Assembly (NCBI GenBank): GCA_963739945.1
Contig: CAVUCN010000017.1
Location: forward strand, 81,689 to 145,688
Direction of reading: 5' to 3'
Length of the DNA stretch: 64,000 nucleotides
DNA from: an uncultured Alphaproteobacteria bacterium
GTDB lineage: Bacteria > Pseudomonadota > Alphaproteobacteria > Rhizobiales > Xanthobacteraceae
Position numbers and translations under genes: made by a program. The notes under the pieces were generated by a model that searched no databases, was not told the origin of the DNA, and worked only from the letters and a program-made list of their open reading frames with translations. The first letter of the stretch is position 1. Every line of letters starts with the position of its first letter. This document shows positions 1 to 12,288 of the stretch, piece by piece.

Positions 1-1235
<1,235 letters not shown>

Positions 1236-1255
1236 AGGATGCTCCTGCAACCGTA

Positions 1256-1661
1256 TCAGACGACCGTCAACGTGACCGGCACGTTGTTGCGGGTCGCCCG
1301 CGAATAGGGACAAATCTTGTGTGCGTCTTCGACAAGCGCCTGCACCTTGGTCTTGTCGGCGCCGGGAAGCGAAACCTTCAACTCGGCCTTAAGGCCGAAG
1401 CTGACCTCGTCCTTGTCCATCGTGATCGGTGCAGGTCACCCGCGCATCCTGACCGTCAAGGCCGTGCTTCTTCGCGAGCGCCAAAATCGCCTGACCGAAA
1501 CACGAGGACCAGCCGAGCGCGAAAAGCTGTTCGGGATTGTGGCCGTCGCCGTTGCCGCCGAGTTCCTTTTGCAAGGCCATCGCCAGCGCAAGGCCGTTGT
1601 TCTCGAGCACCGCGCGGCCGTTGCGGCCGCCTTTGGTCGTTGCTGCTGTTGTATAGGCCAT
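1256..1661 (-). pseudogene. ohr: Ohr/OsmC-family organic hydroperoxide resistance protein; frame broken near 1427
   Basis: ORF 1389..1661 reads MAYTTAATTKGGRNGRAVLENNGLALAMALQKELGGNGDGHNPEQLFALGWSSCFGQAIL (Ohr-type N-terminal half with the first conserved Cys). After one indel the next frame continues [55 protein letters not shown], with the second conserved Cys in the CPYS motif, to a stop at 1256. Confidence 0.85.
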
Positions 1662-1679
1662 GTTGCGCTCCCTATCCGA

Positions 1680-2558
1680 TTAAAGCGCTTCGGCGCCGGA
1701 GATGATCTCGATCAGCTCTTTGGTGATCATCGCCTGGCGCGTGCGGTTGTAGGTGAGTGTCTGCTTGCGGATCATGTCGCCGGCATTGCGCGTGGCATTG
1801 TCCATCGCCGACATCTGCGCGCCGTAGAATGAAGCCGAATTTTCCAGCAGCGCCCGGAAGATCTGCACCGCAATATTGCGCGGCAACAGGTCCTTGAGGA
1901 TCTCTTCCTCGTCCGGCTCGAATTCGTAGACCGCGCCGCCGAGCGCATCCGAGGATTTCTCGTCGAACACCGGCGGAATGATCTGCTGCGCCGTCTGGAT
2001 CTGCGCGATCACCGAGCGAAAACGCGAGTAGAACAGCGTGCAGATGTCGAATTCGAATTTGTCGAACAGCGCGATGATCTTTTCCGCGATCATCTCGGCG
2101 TTTTCGAAGCGCAGCGTGCGCACCGAGCGCAGATCGACCATTTCGACGATCTGCGAGGCGTACAGCCGGCGCAACTGATCGTAGCCCTTGCGGCCGACGC
2201 AGAAGAATTTGACCTCTTTGCCTTCGCTCATCAGCGCATTGGCGCGCTCGCGGGCGAGCCGCACGATCGCGGTGTTGAAAGGACCGCACAGGCCACGCTC
2301 TGCCGTGCAGACCAGCAGAAGATGCCTTTGATCGCTGCCGGTGCCGCGCAGGAGCCGCGGGGCGCTGTCGAGACCGGCCACCGACGCGGCGATATTGCCG
2401 AGCACGGTGTCCATGCGGCTGGCGTAAGGCCGCGCCGCTTCGGCAGCCGCCTGCGCACGCCGCAGTTTCGACGCCGCGACCATCTGCATGGCCTTGGTGA
2501 TCTTCTGCGTCGCCTTGGTTGAGGCGATCCGGTTGCGCAGGTCTTTGAGGCTCGGCAT
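1680..2558 (-). CDS. atpG: F0F1 ATP synthase subunit gamma
   Basis: Intact 292-aa [39 protein letters not shown]...[15 protein letters not shown], with the canonical AtpG termini. It lies between atpA and atpD. Confidence 0.97.
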   Translation of the reverse strand: MPSLKDLRNRIASTKATQKITKAMQMVAASKLRRAQAAAEAARPYASRMDTVLGNIAASVAGLDSAPRLLRGTGSDQRHLLLVCTAERGLCGPFNTAIVRLARERANALMSEGKEVKFFCVGRKGYDQLRRLYASQIVEMVDLRSVRTLRFENAEMIAEKIIALFDKFEFDICTLFYSRFRSVIAQIQTAQQIIPPVFDEKSSDALGGAVYEFEPDEEEILKDLLPRNIAVQIFRALLENSASFYGAQMSAMDNATRNAGDMIRKQTLTYNRTRQAMITKELIEIISGAEAL

Positions 2559-2560
2559 CA

Positions 2561-4632
<2,072 letters not shown>

Positions 4633-4903
4633 GCCGGATACGATGGTTTCTTCGGCCTGCCAAAGTGAGTGCTCGCTGCGCCTGTTCTCGGGAGCTTTAT
4701 TTTTTCCAAATGACCGCGCCGCGGTCCCGACGGACCCGCGCAAGCCCTTGGGATTTAAGCGGGACTTGGATGTCCGCGGAAACCGCAGAAAATCCTGCGA
4801 AAGCCGCGAAAATCGGGGGTTTGCTAACATACCGGGCCATGGGGTGCAACACGGCGTAAACACCGCAAAACCGGCTTCTCACCGTGCATAAGGACGCCAG
4901 AGG

Positions 4904-6733
4904 TCAGGCGGCCGAGGCAGCCGTATATTGCCGGATCACATCGAGGAAGATGTCGCCATATTGGCGCAGTTTCGTAGCGCCGACCCCATGCACAGTGGCC
5001 ATCTCGCCGAGCGTTATCGGCTTGCGCCGCGCCATGTCGATCAGGGTCTTGTCGGCAAACACGACATAGGCCGCGACGCCCTGTTCCTTGGCGAGCCCCG
5101 ACCTGCGCTGGCGTAACGCCTCGAACAGCGCCTGATCGCCTGCGGTACCATCGGCGAGTGCTGCCGCATTGGCGGCGGCGCGGGTATTCTTTCGGGTCGC
5201 GGGCTTCAGCGTATCCTTGCGCAACGCGACTTTGGCCGCGCCTTTGAGCACATGCCGGCCGACGTCGGTAACGGACCAAGTGCCATAACCGGTAATATTG
5301 AGCGCGATGACGCCGGCGCCGTGGAGCTGCCGGAAGATCGAGCGCCACTCCTGCCTGGTGTATTCCTTGCCAACGCCGAAAGTCGGCAGGCGACTATGAC
5401 CGAATTTTTCGACCGCTTCGCTGTTCTCGCCGAGCAGCACATTGGCCAGATGCTCGGTGCCGAAACGCTCGCCGGTGCGTACGATGGCCGAGAGTGCCTT
5501 CTGCGCCGCGATCGTGCCGTCGATCACCTCGGCGCCGTCGCAGCAGAAATCGCAATTGCCACACGGTTCTGCCGTTTCGCCGAAATAGCCGAGCAGCGTC
5601 TGCCGCCGGCAACGCGGTGATTCACAGAGCGAAACCAGCGCATTGAGCCGCTGGCGGTCGACCCGTTTCTGTTCATCGCTGGAATCGCTGTCGTCAATTT
5701 GCAATCGCCGCAGCCGGATGTCGCCCATGCCGTAGAGCGTCAATGTATCGGCCGCCAAACCGTCGCGGCCGGCGCGGCCTATTTCCTGATAGTAGCTCTC
5801 GACGTTCGCCGGCATGTCGGCATGCAGCACGAAACGGACATCCGGCTTGTCGATCCCCATGCCGAAGGCCACGGTGGCGACGACGACAACGCCGTCCTCC
5901 TGCAAGAAAACGTCCTGATTGCGCGAGCGCAGCTGCGGCTCCATGCCGGCATGATACGGCAGCGCCTTGACGCCGTTATCGCGCAGATACTGCGCCAGGT
6001 CCTCGGTTTTGCGGCGCGAGCTGCAATAGACAATGCCGCTCTGCCCCGCATGATTTTTGACGAAGTCCATCACCTGTTTGCGGCCGCCGATCTTGGCGGA
6101 CATCGCCAGCCGCAAATTAGGCCGGTCGAATCCGTGAACGAAAACCGCCGGCGGTTTGCTGAAAAGCTTTTCCACAATATCGGTGCGGGTCGCGGCGTCA
6201 GCCGTGGCCGTAAACGCAATCGTCTGCACCCCGCCAAGCGCTTTCTTCACCGCACCGAGCTCGGCATATTCCGGCCGGAAGTCGTGTCCCCATTGCGAAA
6301 TGCAATGCGCTTCGTCGACAGCGAGCATGCCGACCTTGGCGCGCTTGAGAAGGTCCAGCGTATCGGACCTCACCAATCGCTCGGGAGCCACATAAACAAG
6401 CCGCATCTCCCGACGCGCAATGCGGTCGAGGATCGTGCGGTTTTCGGATGAATCGTTTGCCGAATTGAGCGCGGCAGCGGCAACGCCGTAGCCGCAGAGC
6501 TGCGCCACCTGATTGCGCATCAGCGCAATCAGCGGCGAGACCACGACGGTCAGGCCGCCGCGGACCAGCGCCGGAAGCTGATAGCAGAGCGACTTACCGC
6601 TGCCGGTCGGCATGACCGCCAGCACGTCCTGGCCATCGAGAATGGCGCTTATGATATCGGCCTGACCCGGCCGAAAAGCCGCAAAACCGAACGTGGCACG
6701 CAGCTCTTGCTGGGCTACGGCGAGATCCGCCAT
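4904..6733 (-). CDS. recQ: ATP-dependent DNA helicase RecQ
   Basis: MADLAVAQQELRATFGFAAFRPGQADIISAILDGQDVLAVMPTGSGKSLCYQLPAL... with the DEAH box (AVDEAHCISQWGHDFRPEY), a zinc-binding Cys cluster and a C-terminal HRDC-like region. GAGGGA precedes the ATG at 6733. Confidence 0.93.
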   Translation of the reverse strand: MADLAVAQQELRATFGFAAFRPGQADIISAILDGQDVLAVMPTGSGKSLCYQLPALVRGGLTVVVSPLIALMRNQVAQLCGYGVAAAALNSANDSSENRTILDRIARREMRLVYVAPERLVRSDTLDLLKRAKVGMLAVDEAHCISQWGHDFRPEYAELGAVKKALGGVQTIAFTATADAATRTDIVEKLFSKPPAVFVHGFDRPNLRLAMSAKIGGRKQVMDFVKNHAGQSGIVYCSSRRKTEDLAQYLRDNGVKALPYHAGMEPQLRSRNQDVFLQEDGVVVVATVAFGMGIDKPDVRFVLHADMPANVESYYQEIGRAGRDGLAADTLTLYGMGDIRLRRLQIDDSDSSDEQKRVDRQRLNALVSLCESPRCRRQTLLGYFGETAEPCGNCDFCCDGAEVIDGTIAAQKALSAIVRTGERFGTEHLANVLLGENSEAVEKFGHSRLPTFGVGKEYTRQEWRSIFRQLHGAGVIALNITGYGTWSVTDVGRHVLKGAAKVALRKDTLKPATRKNTRAAANAAALADGTAGDQALFEALRQRRSGLAKEQGVAAYVVFADKTLIDMARRKPITLGEMATVHGVGATKLRQYGDIFLDVIRQYTAASAA

Positions 6734-6753
6734 GACAAGTCCCTCAGCCAATT

Positions 6754-6768
6754 GTTCTATATTTGTTC
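6754..6768 (-). promoter_or_regulatory. Candidate alphaproteobacterial LexA (SOS) box, GTTC-N7-GTTC / GAAC-N7-GAAC
   Basis: The plus strand reads GTTCTATATTTGTTC, an exact match to the direct-repeat SOS operator described for Rhodobacter and Rhizobium. It lies 21-35 nt upstream of the recQ ATG, in the recQ/MFS divergent intergenic region. Confidence 0.45.
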
Positions 6769-6875
6769 CAACCAGGTCGCAAGCCCGGCAAGGGCGATAA
6801 GGCCGATCCGCGCGGCATTTCTTGCGCCTTGGCATCCGCTGAGGCACTTTGCGTCCTCAACAGTTGCCCTCTGAA

Positions 6876-8102
6876 ATGCCGCCTGCCGGGACTTCCGCCG
6901 CCGACCGCTCGATCGGCCGCCTCATCAAGCCCATGTTCGCGCTCTGGTTCGCGGGCGTCGCCATGCGCGTGAGCATTCTCGCCATGCCGCCGGTGATCCC
7001 GCAGGTGCATGACGAGCTGCACATGTCGGAGACGCAGATCGGTCTCCTGATCGGCCTTCCTCTGGCAATGTTTGCGATTGCCGCCGTGCCGGGCTCGCTG
7101 CTGATTTCCCGGGTCGGCACCCGCAACGCCGTCATCATCGGCATGATCATCGCTGCGTTTGCCGCCGGCGCACGCGGCGCATCGATCGACGTCTGGACGC
7201 TTTATGCCGCATCGATCGTCACCGGCTTTGGCGTCGCGATCATGCAGCCGGGCGTGCCAACACTGACGCGCGAGTGGCTACCGACGCGGATTGCACTCGG
7301 CACAGTCTCTTATACCGGCGGCATGCTGATCGGCTCGATGTTTGCAGCATCGTTGACCATCCCGCTGGTGCTGCCGCTGGTTGGCGGTTCGTGGCGGCTC
7401 GATCTTATGGCGTGGGCCGTGCTCGCGCTGCTCATCGTTCCGGTTTTTCTGCTGTTGAGCCCAAAGGACGGTTCGCAGCCGGGCAGCGTCAGCAAGGTCG
7501 GCGGACGCTGGTGGCCGGATTTCAAGGACCCGCTGGTGTGGCTGCTCGGCCTGACCTTCGGCAGCAACAACAGCCCGTTCTTCGCCACCAATGCATTCCT
7601 CGGCGACTACCTCGCCAGCGAGGGAAAATTTCAGTTGCTGGGTTCGGCCCTGGGCTGGCTTAACGGCGCCCAGATCGTGGCGCCATTCGTTCTTCTGTTC
7701 ATGGCGAACCGCTTGCAGCGGCGCGCATGGCCGTTCGTGACCCTGGGGCCGCTGCTGCTGCTCTCGTTTCTCGGCTTGATGTTCGAGCAGTCCGAAGCCG
7801 TCATCGTCATCTGCGCCGCACTGATCGGCCTGACCACCGCGGTCACGCTGACCGCCATATTGGCATTGCCGCCATTGTTGAGCAGTTCGGCTGACCTGCC
7901 GCGCATCACGGCCGGGATGTTCACGATCAGCTACACCACCGCGATCATCATCCCGACGATCAGCGGCGCGTTGTGGGATGTCACCGGGCTACCGTGGACC
8001 GCTTTCGTCCCGCCGAGCATTTGTGCGGTAGCGCTCACCATCCTCGGCGTCATCGCCGCGCGCTATCCAACTCCGAGCGAAAGAGGCATAGTTTCGTCAT
8101 GA
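6876..8102 (+). CDS. MFS transporter (CynX/NimT-like)
   Basis: Polytopic hydrophobic protein: ...IGRLIKPMFALWFAGVAMRVSILAMPPVIPQVHDELHMSETQIGLLIGLPLAMFAIAAVPGSLLISRVGTRN... About 12 predicted TM segments. The start is uncertain (6849, 6876 or 6933). Confidence 0.7.
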   Translation: MPPAGTSAADRSIGRLIKPMFALWFAGVAMRVSILAMPPVIPQVHDELHMSETQIGLLIGLPLAMFAIAAVPGSLLISRVGTRNAVIIGMIIAAFAAGARGASIDVWTLYAASIVTGFGVAIMQPGVPTLTREWLPTRIALGTVSYTGGMLIGSMFAASLTIPLVLPLVGGSWRLDLMAWAVLALLIVPVFLLLSPKDGSQPGSVSKVGGRWWPDFKDPLVWLLGLTFGSNNSPFFATNAFLGDYLASEGKFQLLGSALGWLNGAQIVAPFVLLFMANRLQRRAWPFVTLGPLLLLSFLGLMFEQSEAVIVICAALIGLTTAVTLTAILALPPLLSSSADLPRITAGMFTISYTTAIIIPTISGALWDVTGLPWTAFVPPSICAVALTILGVIAARYPTPSERGIVSS

Positions 8103-8169
8103 CCAACCGCCCAAAAAAATCCGCCCCCAAGAACTCGCGCCCAAGAAACGCGCCGCAAAAAAAGGGCCG

Positions 8170-9048
8170 ATGCTGCCGACTGACCGCCTCGCCTATTCGC
8201 CGATCACGGAACGGCCGCCGCTCAAGCTGCCAAACGGCGCGCGAATGGCAGTGTGGGTCATCGTCAACGTCGAGGAATGGGACGCGACGCAGCCGATGCC
8301 GCGCACCGTGCTCACGCCGCCGGCCGGCGGCTCGCCGATGCCCGACGTGCCGAACTGGGCGTGGCACGAATACGGCAACCGTGTCGGTTTCTGGCGCTTC
8401 GTAAAGGTGTTCGACGAATTCTCGATTCCCGGCGTGATCGCCATCAACGGCTCGGCGCTGGCCGCCTATCCGGCGATCGTGCGTGCCGCCGTCGATCGGC
8501 ATTGGGAATTCATGGGCCACGGCTTCACCCAGCGCAACATGCAGAAAGTGCCGGACGAACGCGCCGATATCCGCAAGACGCGCGAAGCCATTCTCAAGGC
8601 CACCGGCAAGCCGCCTAGCGGCTGGCTGGGACCCGGCCTTACCGAAACCTGGGAAACGCCCGATCTGCTGGCCGAGGAAGGCTACGGCTATGTCGCCGAC
8701 TGGGTACTCGACGATCAGCCGGTGTGGCTGAAAACCCGCGGCAAGCCGATCGTCAACGTGCCCTACACGCAGGAATGCAACGACGTCGCCATGATGCTGA
8801 TCCAGCATCACAAGGCATCGGAATATTCCGATCGCGCGATCGATCAGTTCGAGCAGATCTACGCCGACTCCGCCAACTCGGCGCGGGTGATGGCGATCTC
8901 GATCCATCCCTACATCATGGGCGCCCCGCACCGGCTGAAATATTTCCGCCGCGTCATCGAACACATCAGCAAAAAGCAGGACGTGCTGTTCTGGACAGGT
9001 GAGCAAATCCTCGAATGGTATCTTGGCGCCGGACCGAAGCAGCCTTGA
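8170..9048 (+). CDS. Polysaccharide deacetylase (CE4) family protein, PuuE-like
   Basis: 292-aa ORF. ARMAVWVIVNVEEWD...WHEYGNRVGFWRFVKVFDEFSIPGVIAINGSA...WEFMGHGFTQ...ISIHPYIMGAPHRLKYF is the typical CE4/allantoinase-PuuE-like architecture. It is a paralogue of 36514..37464. Confidence 0.75.
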   Translation: MLPTDRLAYSPITERPPLKLPNGARMAVWVIVNVEEWDATQPMPRTVLTPPAGGSPMPDVPNWAWHEYGNRVGFWRFVKVFDEFSIPGVIAINGSALAAYPAIVRAAVDRHWEFMGHGFTQRNMQKVPDERADIRKTREAILKATGKPPSGWLGPGLTETWETPDLLAEEGYGYVADWVLDDQPVWLKTRGKPIVNVPYTQECNDVAMMLIQHHKASEYSDRAIDQFEQIYADSANSARVMAISIHPYIMGAPHRLKYFRRVIEHISKKQDVLFWTGEQILEWYLGAGPKQP

Positions 9049-9097
9049 GCCGTCCAAAAAGCCTTGAGCAGCCCAAACAGCCTTGAGCAGCTAGTGA
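9041..9097 (+). repeat. Three tandem 19-nt units, each starting AGCCTTGAGC
   Basis: agccttgagccgtccaaaa / agccttgagcagcccaaac / agccttgagcagctagtga, starting at 9041, 9060 and 9079. The first unit contains the deacetylase stop codon. Confidence 0.8.
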
Positions 9098-10027
9098 GAA
9101 ATCCCGAACGCGTCACCACTCCGGCTGCCGACGACACGACGGCAAAGCTGCTGCTTGTCGTGCTGTGCATCGTCTGGGGCGTTACCTGGCCGATCATGCG
9201 GATCGCGCTCAGCGAAGTGCCGCCGTTCACCATGCGCACGACCAGCTCTTTTGCCGGTGGACTGGCGCTTTTCGCAGTTGCCTTCTTCATGCGGCCGCAA
9301 CATGCAGCTTCCGGGCATCAAGGGTTGTTTGCATGTCGCTGTCGCTTCGATTCTCAACGTTGCAAGCTTCAGTGTGTTCTCGACCTTCGCCCAGCTCAGT
9401 GCCCCAACGTCGCGGGTGGCGATCCTCTCCTACACGATGCCGATCTGGTCGGTCGTTCTGGCCTGGCTGTTTCTTGGCGAGCGCCCGGAACGCATGCAGT
9501 CGATCGCTATCGGTCTATGCATTATCGGTCTCGCGATATTGATCTATCCGCTGACCGCATCCGGCGTTCCTATCGGCATCGTGCTGGCGCTCGCCACCGG
9601 CGTGAGCTGGGCCGCCGGCACGATCTATCTGAAATGGGCACGGATCGATGCCGATCCGATGGCCATCGCGTTCTGGCAGATCGTGGTGTCGTTCTTCATC
9701 ATCGGCGCATGCATGATGATCTTCGAAGGCGGCCCGGACTTTCACGCGGCGCACGCAAAAAGCATTTTCGCCACCGTGCTGTCCGGCCTGCTCGGCACCG
9801 GCACCGCTTATGGACTGTGGTTCACCATCATCAGGCGGCTACCGGCGATGACGGCGTCGCTCGGCATACTCGGCAGTCCCGTGGTCGGCGTTTTCGCTTC
9901 GATGCTGTTGCTCGGCGAACGCCCGACGATCACCGACGTTATCGGCTTCGTTCTGATTCTCTGCGCATCGGCCTGCGCACTATTCTCGCGGCCGGCGATC
10001 GCCGAAACCGCCGAACAGCATACCTAG
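9094..10027 (+). pseudogene. EamA/DMT-family transporter; frame broken near 9300
   Basis: Frame 1 reads ...TTAKLLLVVLCIVWGVTWPIMRIALSEVPPFTMRTTSSFAGGLALFAVAFFMRP. Frame 2 (ORF 9155..10027) continues MQLPGIKGCLHVAVASILNVASFSVFSTFAQLSAPTSRVAILSYTMPIWSVVLAWLFLGERP...ILGSPVVGVFASMLLLGERPT, giving two EamA repeats. The start (GTG 9094) is uncertain. Confidence 0.8.
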
Positions 10028-10539
10028 ACCGGCAGGCAGAGAGCGTTGTCGACCAGAAGATTGTCGTAGACGCAGCGCCGTTCGGAAAGCTTGAACTGAT
10101 CGCCGATCTTGCGGAACCGGTCGTAATAAACTCCGACCTGATGCAACTTAGCATCCGGCCGGTCGAGCAACACCTGCGTCACAAGATAATTAGCGCGAGC
10201 GCGAACGTCGCCGTTCGATTCCCTGCCGAGCACTTGCAGATTACCGATGATGTGCCGGAGATACCGCGGGGCGAACATTTCCGTCTTCATCGCGTTGGCG
10301 CGGTCAAGGATCATGCCTTTGTTCTCGCAATAGATCAGACCGACCGGCATGTTGCGGTCGGCATTCTCTCGAGAGATCACGATGTAGAAGCAATCGTCGG
10401 TGAACATTTCCGCCCAGTCGGCGAGACGATTCTCGTCCAACGCCGCCGCGTAGGCGTTGTTGAATGCTTCGATCTCGCGATGCAGCAACAGCGCGTCCAG
10501 GCTCCGCTCGTTGACCGTACCGTTTCGCGAATCAAGCAT
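10024..10539 (-). CDS. Aromatic-ring-hydroxylating dioxygenase, beta (small) subunit
   Basis: MLDSRNGTVNERSLDALLLHREIEAFNNAYAAALDENRLADWAEMFTDDCFYIVISRENADRNMPVGLIYCENKGMILDR... SnoaL/NTF2-like small-subunit pattern, immediately downstream of the Rieske alpha gene. An alternative start at 10575 would overlap alpha. Confidence 0.8.
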   Translation of the reverse strand: MLDSRNGTVNERSLDALLLHREIEAFNNAYAAALDENRLADWAEMFTDDCFYIVISRENADRNMPVGLIYCENKGMILDRANAMKTEMFAPRYLRHIIGNLQVLGRESNGDVRARANYLVTQVLLDRPDAKLHQVGVYYDRFRKIGDQFKLSERRCVYDNLLVDNALCLPV

Positions 10540-10550
10540 CGCCGAGAGTC

Positions 10551-11798
10551 CTACAGGTCCATGGCTTCGCGCCAATGCTTGTACATGGCACGGATCGCGG
10601 ATTCGGAAATCAGCGTGTCGGCGGTCCCAGCCGCGGTTTTCGGGTCGAGTTTGACCAGATGCTTGCCGTCCGGAACGTGCAGCATGCCGTCCTGAACGAA
10701 TTTGATCGCCTCGTTGTCCTCGAGTCCAAGGAAACCAGCCGGACCCATCAGGTTACCCTGGCGCAGACGATGCCGGGTCATTTCCTCATCGTCGCCCTCG
10801 AAGCCGAACATGGTCCACTTCATGATGAATTCGTTCGGGCCGGTCGGCACGATCTGGCGCACGCCGAGCGTATTCATCTCGCGCTGCACGATAAGGTTCG
10901 GCCAGATTGTCGTCATGGTCACCGACCATGGACTGTCGAACTCCTGCACAAAATCCATGAAGCGGGGCTCATTGAGCGACATGCCTTCCTTGAAGTTACG
11001 CATTTCCTTCTTGGCATCGCCCGAGATCGCCTTGGCATCCGACTTTGCCGAGGCCATCACGCCGTGACGGCCGCTCTCGTCTGCCAGCATCATCGAGCGG
11101 TTGCCTACTACCAGCAGACCAAAATTCACCAGGAACGAGTGCAGCAGCGTAGCGTGATACGGGTCTTTCAGATTCTCGTGGTAAAGCTTCCAATTACCGG
11201 GCAGCGAATGCCGGTAATGGCCAAGGATTCGCAGCTTGCGGCCGTCGAAAGTTGCTTCGAATTCCCGCAGGACTTCCGGCCCGAGATAGCCGGCAACCGA
11301 TTCCATGTTGTCCGAATAGGAAGCGAACACCACGCCGCGATGGGTCGTGACCGCGAGCTTGCGCGGTCCATGCTCCTGCATCTTGAAATCGGCGGGCATG
11401 CCGCCTTTGCCCGCGACGCCGCGGCGGAACGGTATGCCGATCAGATTGCCTTTCAGATCGTAGGTCCACTGGTGGTAGGGGCAGATCAACTCGTTGGCAT
11501 GGCCGCTCAGCTCCCGGCAGAATTCCGATGCCCGGTGAATGCAGCGGTTCTCGAAGGCATTGATTGAGCCGTCGGAAGCGCGGGCCACTACGATCGCGGT
11601 CGGCCCTACATTGGAGCGGATATAGTCGCCGGGATCTGGGATCTCGGCTTCAAGCGCCACGTAGTTCCAGGTCGGGCCGTGAAAGATGCGCTCGACTTCA
11701 CGGTTGTAAACAGCCTGATCGGTATAGACCCAGTCCGGAATGACGGTCAGATCGTCGTCTGGCCAGACGTAGGTATTGTTTTTAATTTCCAGCGCCAT
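10551..11798 (-). CDS. Rieske (2Fe-2S) aromatic-ring-hydroxylating dioxygenase, alpha subunit
   Basis: MALEIKNNTYVWPDDDLTVIPDWVYTDQAVYNREVERIFHG... Rieske motif CIHRASEF...CPYHQWTYD. The catalytic domain carries NWKLYHENLKDPYHATLLH (mononuclear-iron His pair). Confidence 0.88.
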   Translation of the reverse strand: MALEIKNNTYVWPDDDLTVIPDWVYTDQAVYNREVERIFHGPTWNYVALEAEIPDPGDYIRSNVGPTAIVVARASDGSINAFENRCIHRASEFCRELSGHANELICPYHQWTYDLKGNLIGIPFRRGVAGKGGMPADFKMQEHGPRKLAVTTHRGVVFASYSDNMESVAGYLGPEVLREFEATFDGRKLRILGHYRHSLPGNWKLYHENLKDPYHATLLHSFLVNFGLLVVGNRSMMLADESGRHGVMASAKSDAKAISGDAKKEMRNFKEGMSLNEPRFMDFVQEFDSPWSVTMTTIWPNLIVQREMNTLGVRQIVPTGPNEFIMKWTMFGFEGDDEEMTRHRLRQGNLMGPAGFLGLEDNEAIKFVQDGMLHVPDGKHLVKLDPKTAAGTADTLISESAIRAMYKHWREAMDL

Positions 11799-11913
11799 GC
11801 GGTTCGCCTTGCAAGGCCGGCAGGATTGCACCTTGAGGATAGCCGAAGTCGGCTTCAATTGCACAGCGCCAGGCCGCGGCGTACGATTTTGCCAAAGTCA
11901 GAAGGAGCACATC

Positions 11914-12282
11914 ATGGCGCAAGAGCCGCTCGCTACCCGGGGCAATTATCTGCACATCTACGATTTCCGCGTGATGAAGGGTAAGGAGGACGAATTCATT
12001 CGCCTGTTCGAAGCGTTTGACTATTCGGACGGCAATCCCATGCACAAATCCTCGGCGCAGGTGAAAGACGGCGTCCTATGCCGTGACACCGAGGACCCGC
12101 AGCGGTTTTTCCTGATCGCCGAGTGGGCCGACATCGAAGAGCACGCCAAGATCCGCAAAATCCTCGCCGACGAGATCAAACCGGAATTCATCAAATATAT
12201 CGAGGGGCACAAGTTCGTGCCGAAATACGTTGAGGTGGTTTCCTCGACGCCGGACGAGATCCTGAAAAAAGCGGCGGAGTAG
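11914..12282 (+). CDS. Small ABM (antibiotic biosynthesis monooxygenase)-like domain protein
   Basis: 122-aa ORF after a strong RBS (AGAAGGAG). MAQEPLATRGNYLHIYDFRVMKGKEDEFIRLFEAFDYSD...FFLIAEWADIEEHAKIRK has a ferredoxin-like ABM pattern. Divergent from the Rieske alpha gene. Confidence 0.5.
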   Translation: MAQEPLATRGNYLHIYDFRVMKGKEDEFIRLFEAFDYSDGNPMHKSSAQVKDGVLCRDTEDPQRFFLIAEWADIEEHAKIRKILADEIKPEFIKYIEGHKFVPKYVEVVSSTPDEILKKAAE

Positions 12283-12288
12283 TTTGCG

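Noticed and set aside
9064-10695. A 543-aa plus-strand ORF
   Set aside because: It is a chimera. Only the first ~75 codons are real (the DMT N-terminus before the frame break near 9300). The remainder is out of frame in the DMT gene and then antisense to the Rieske beta subunit.
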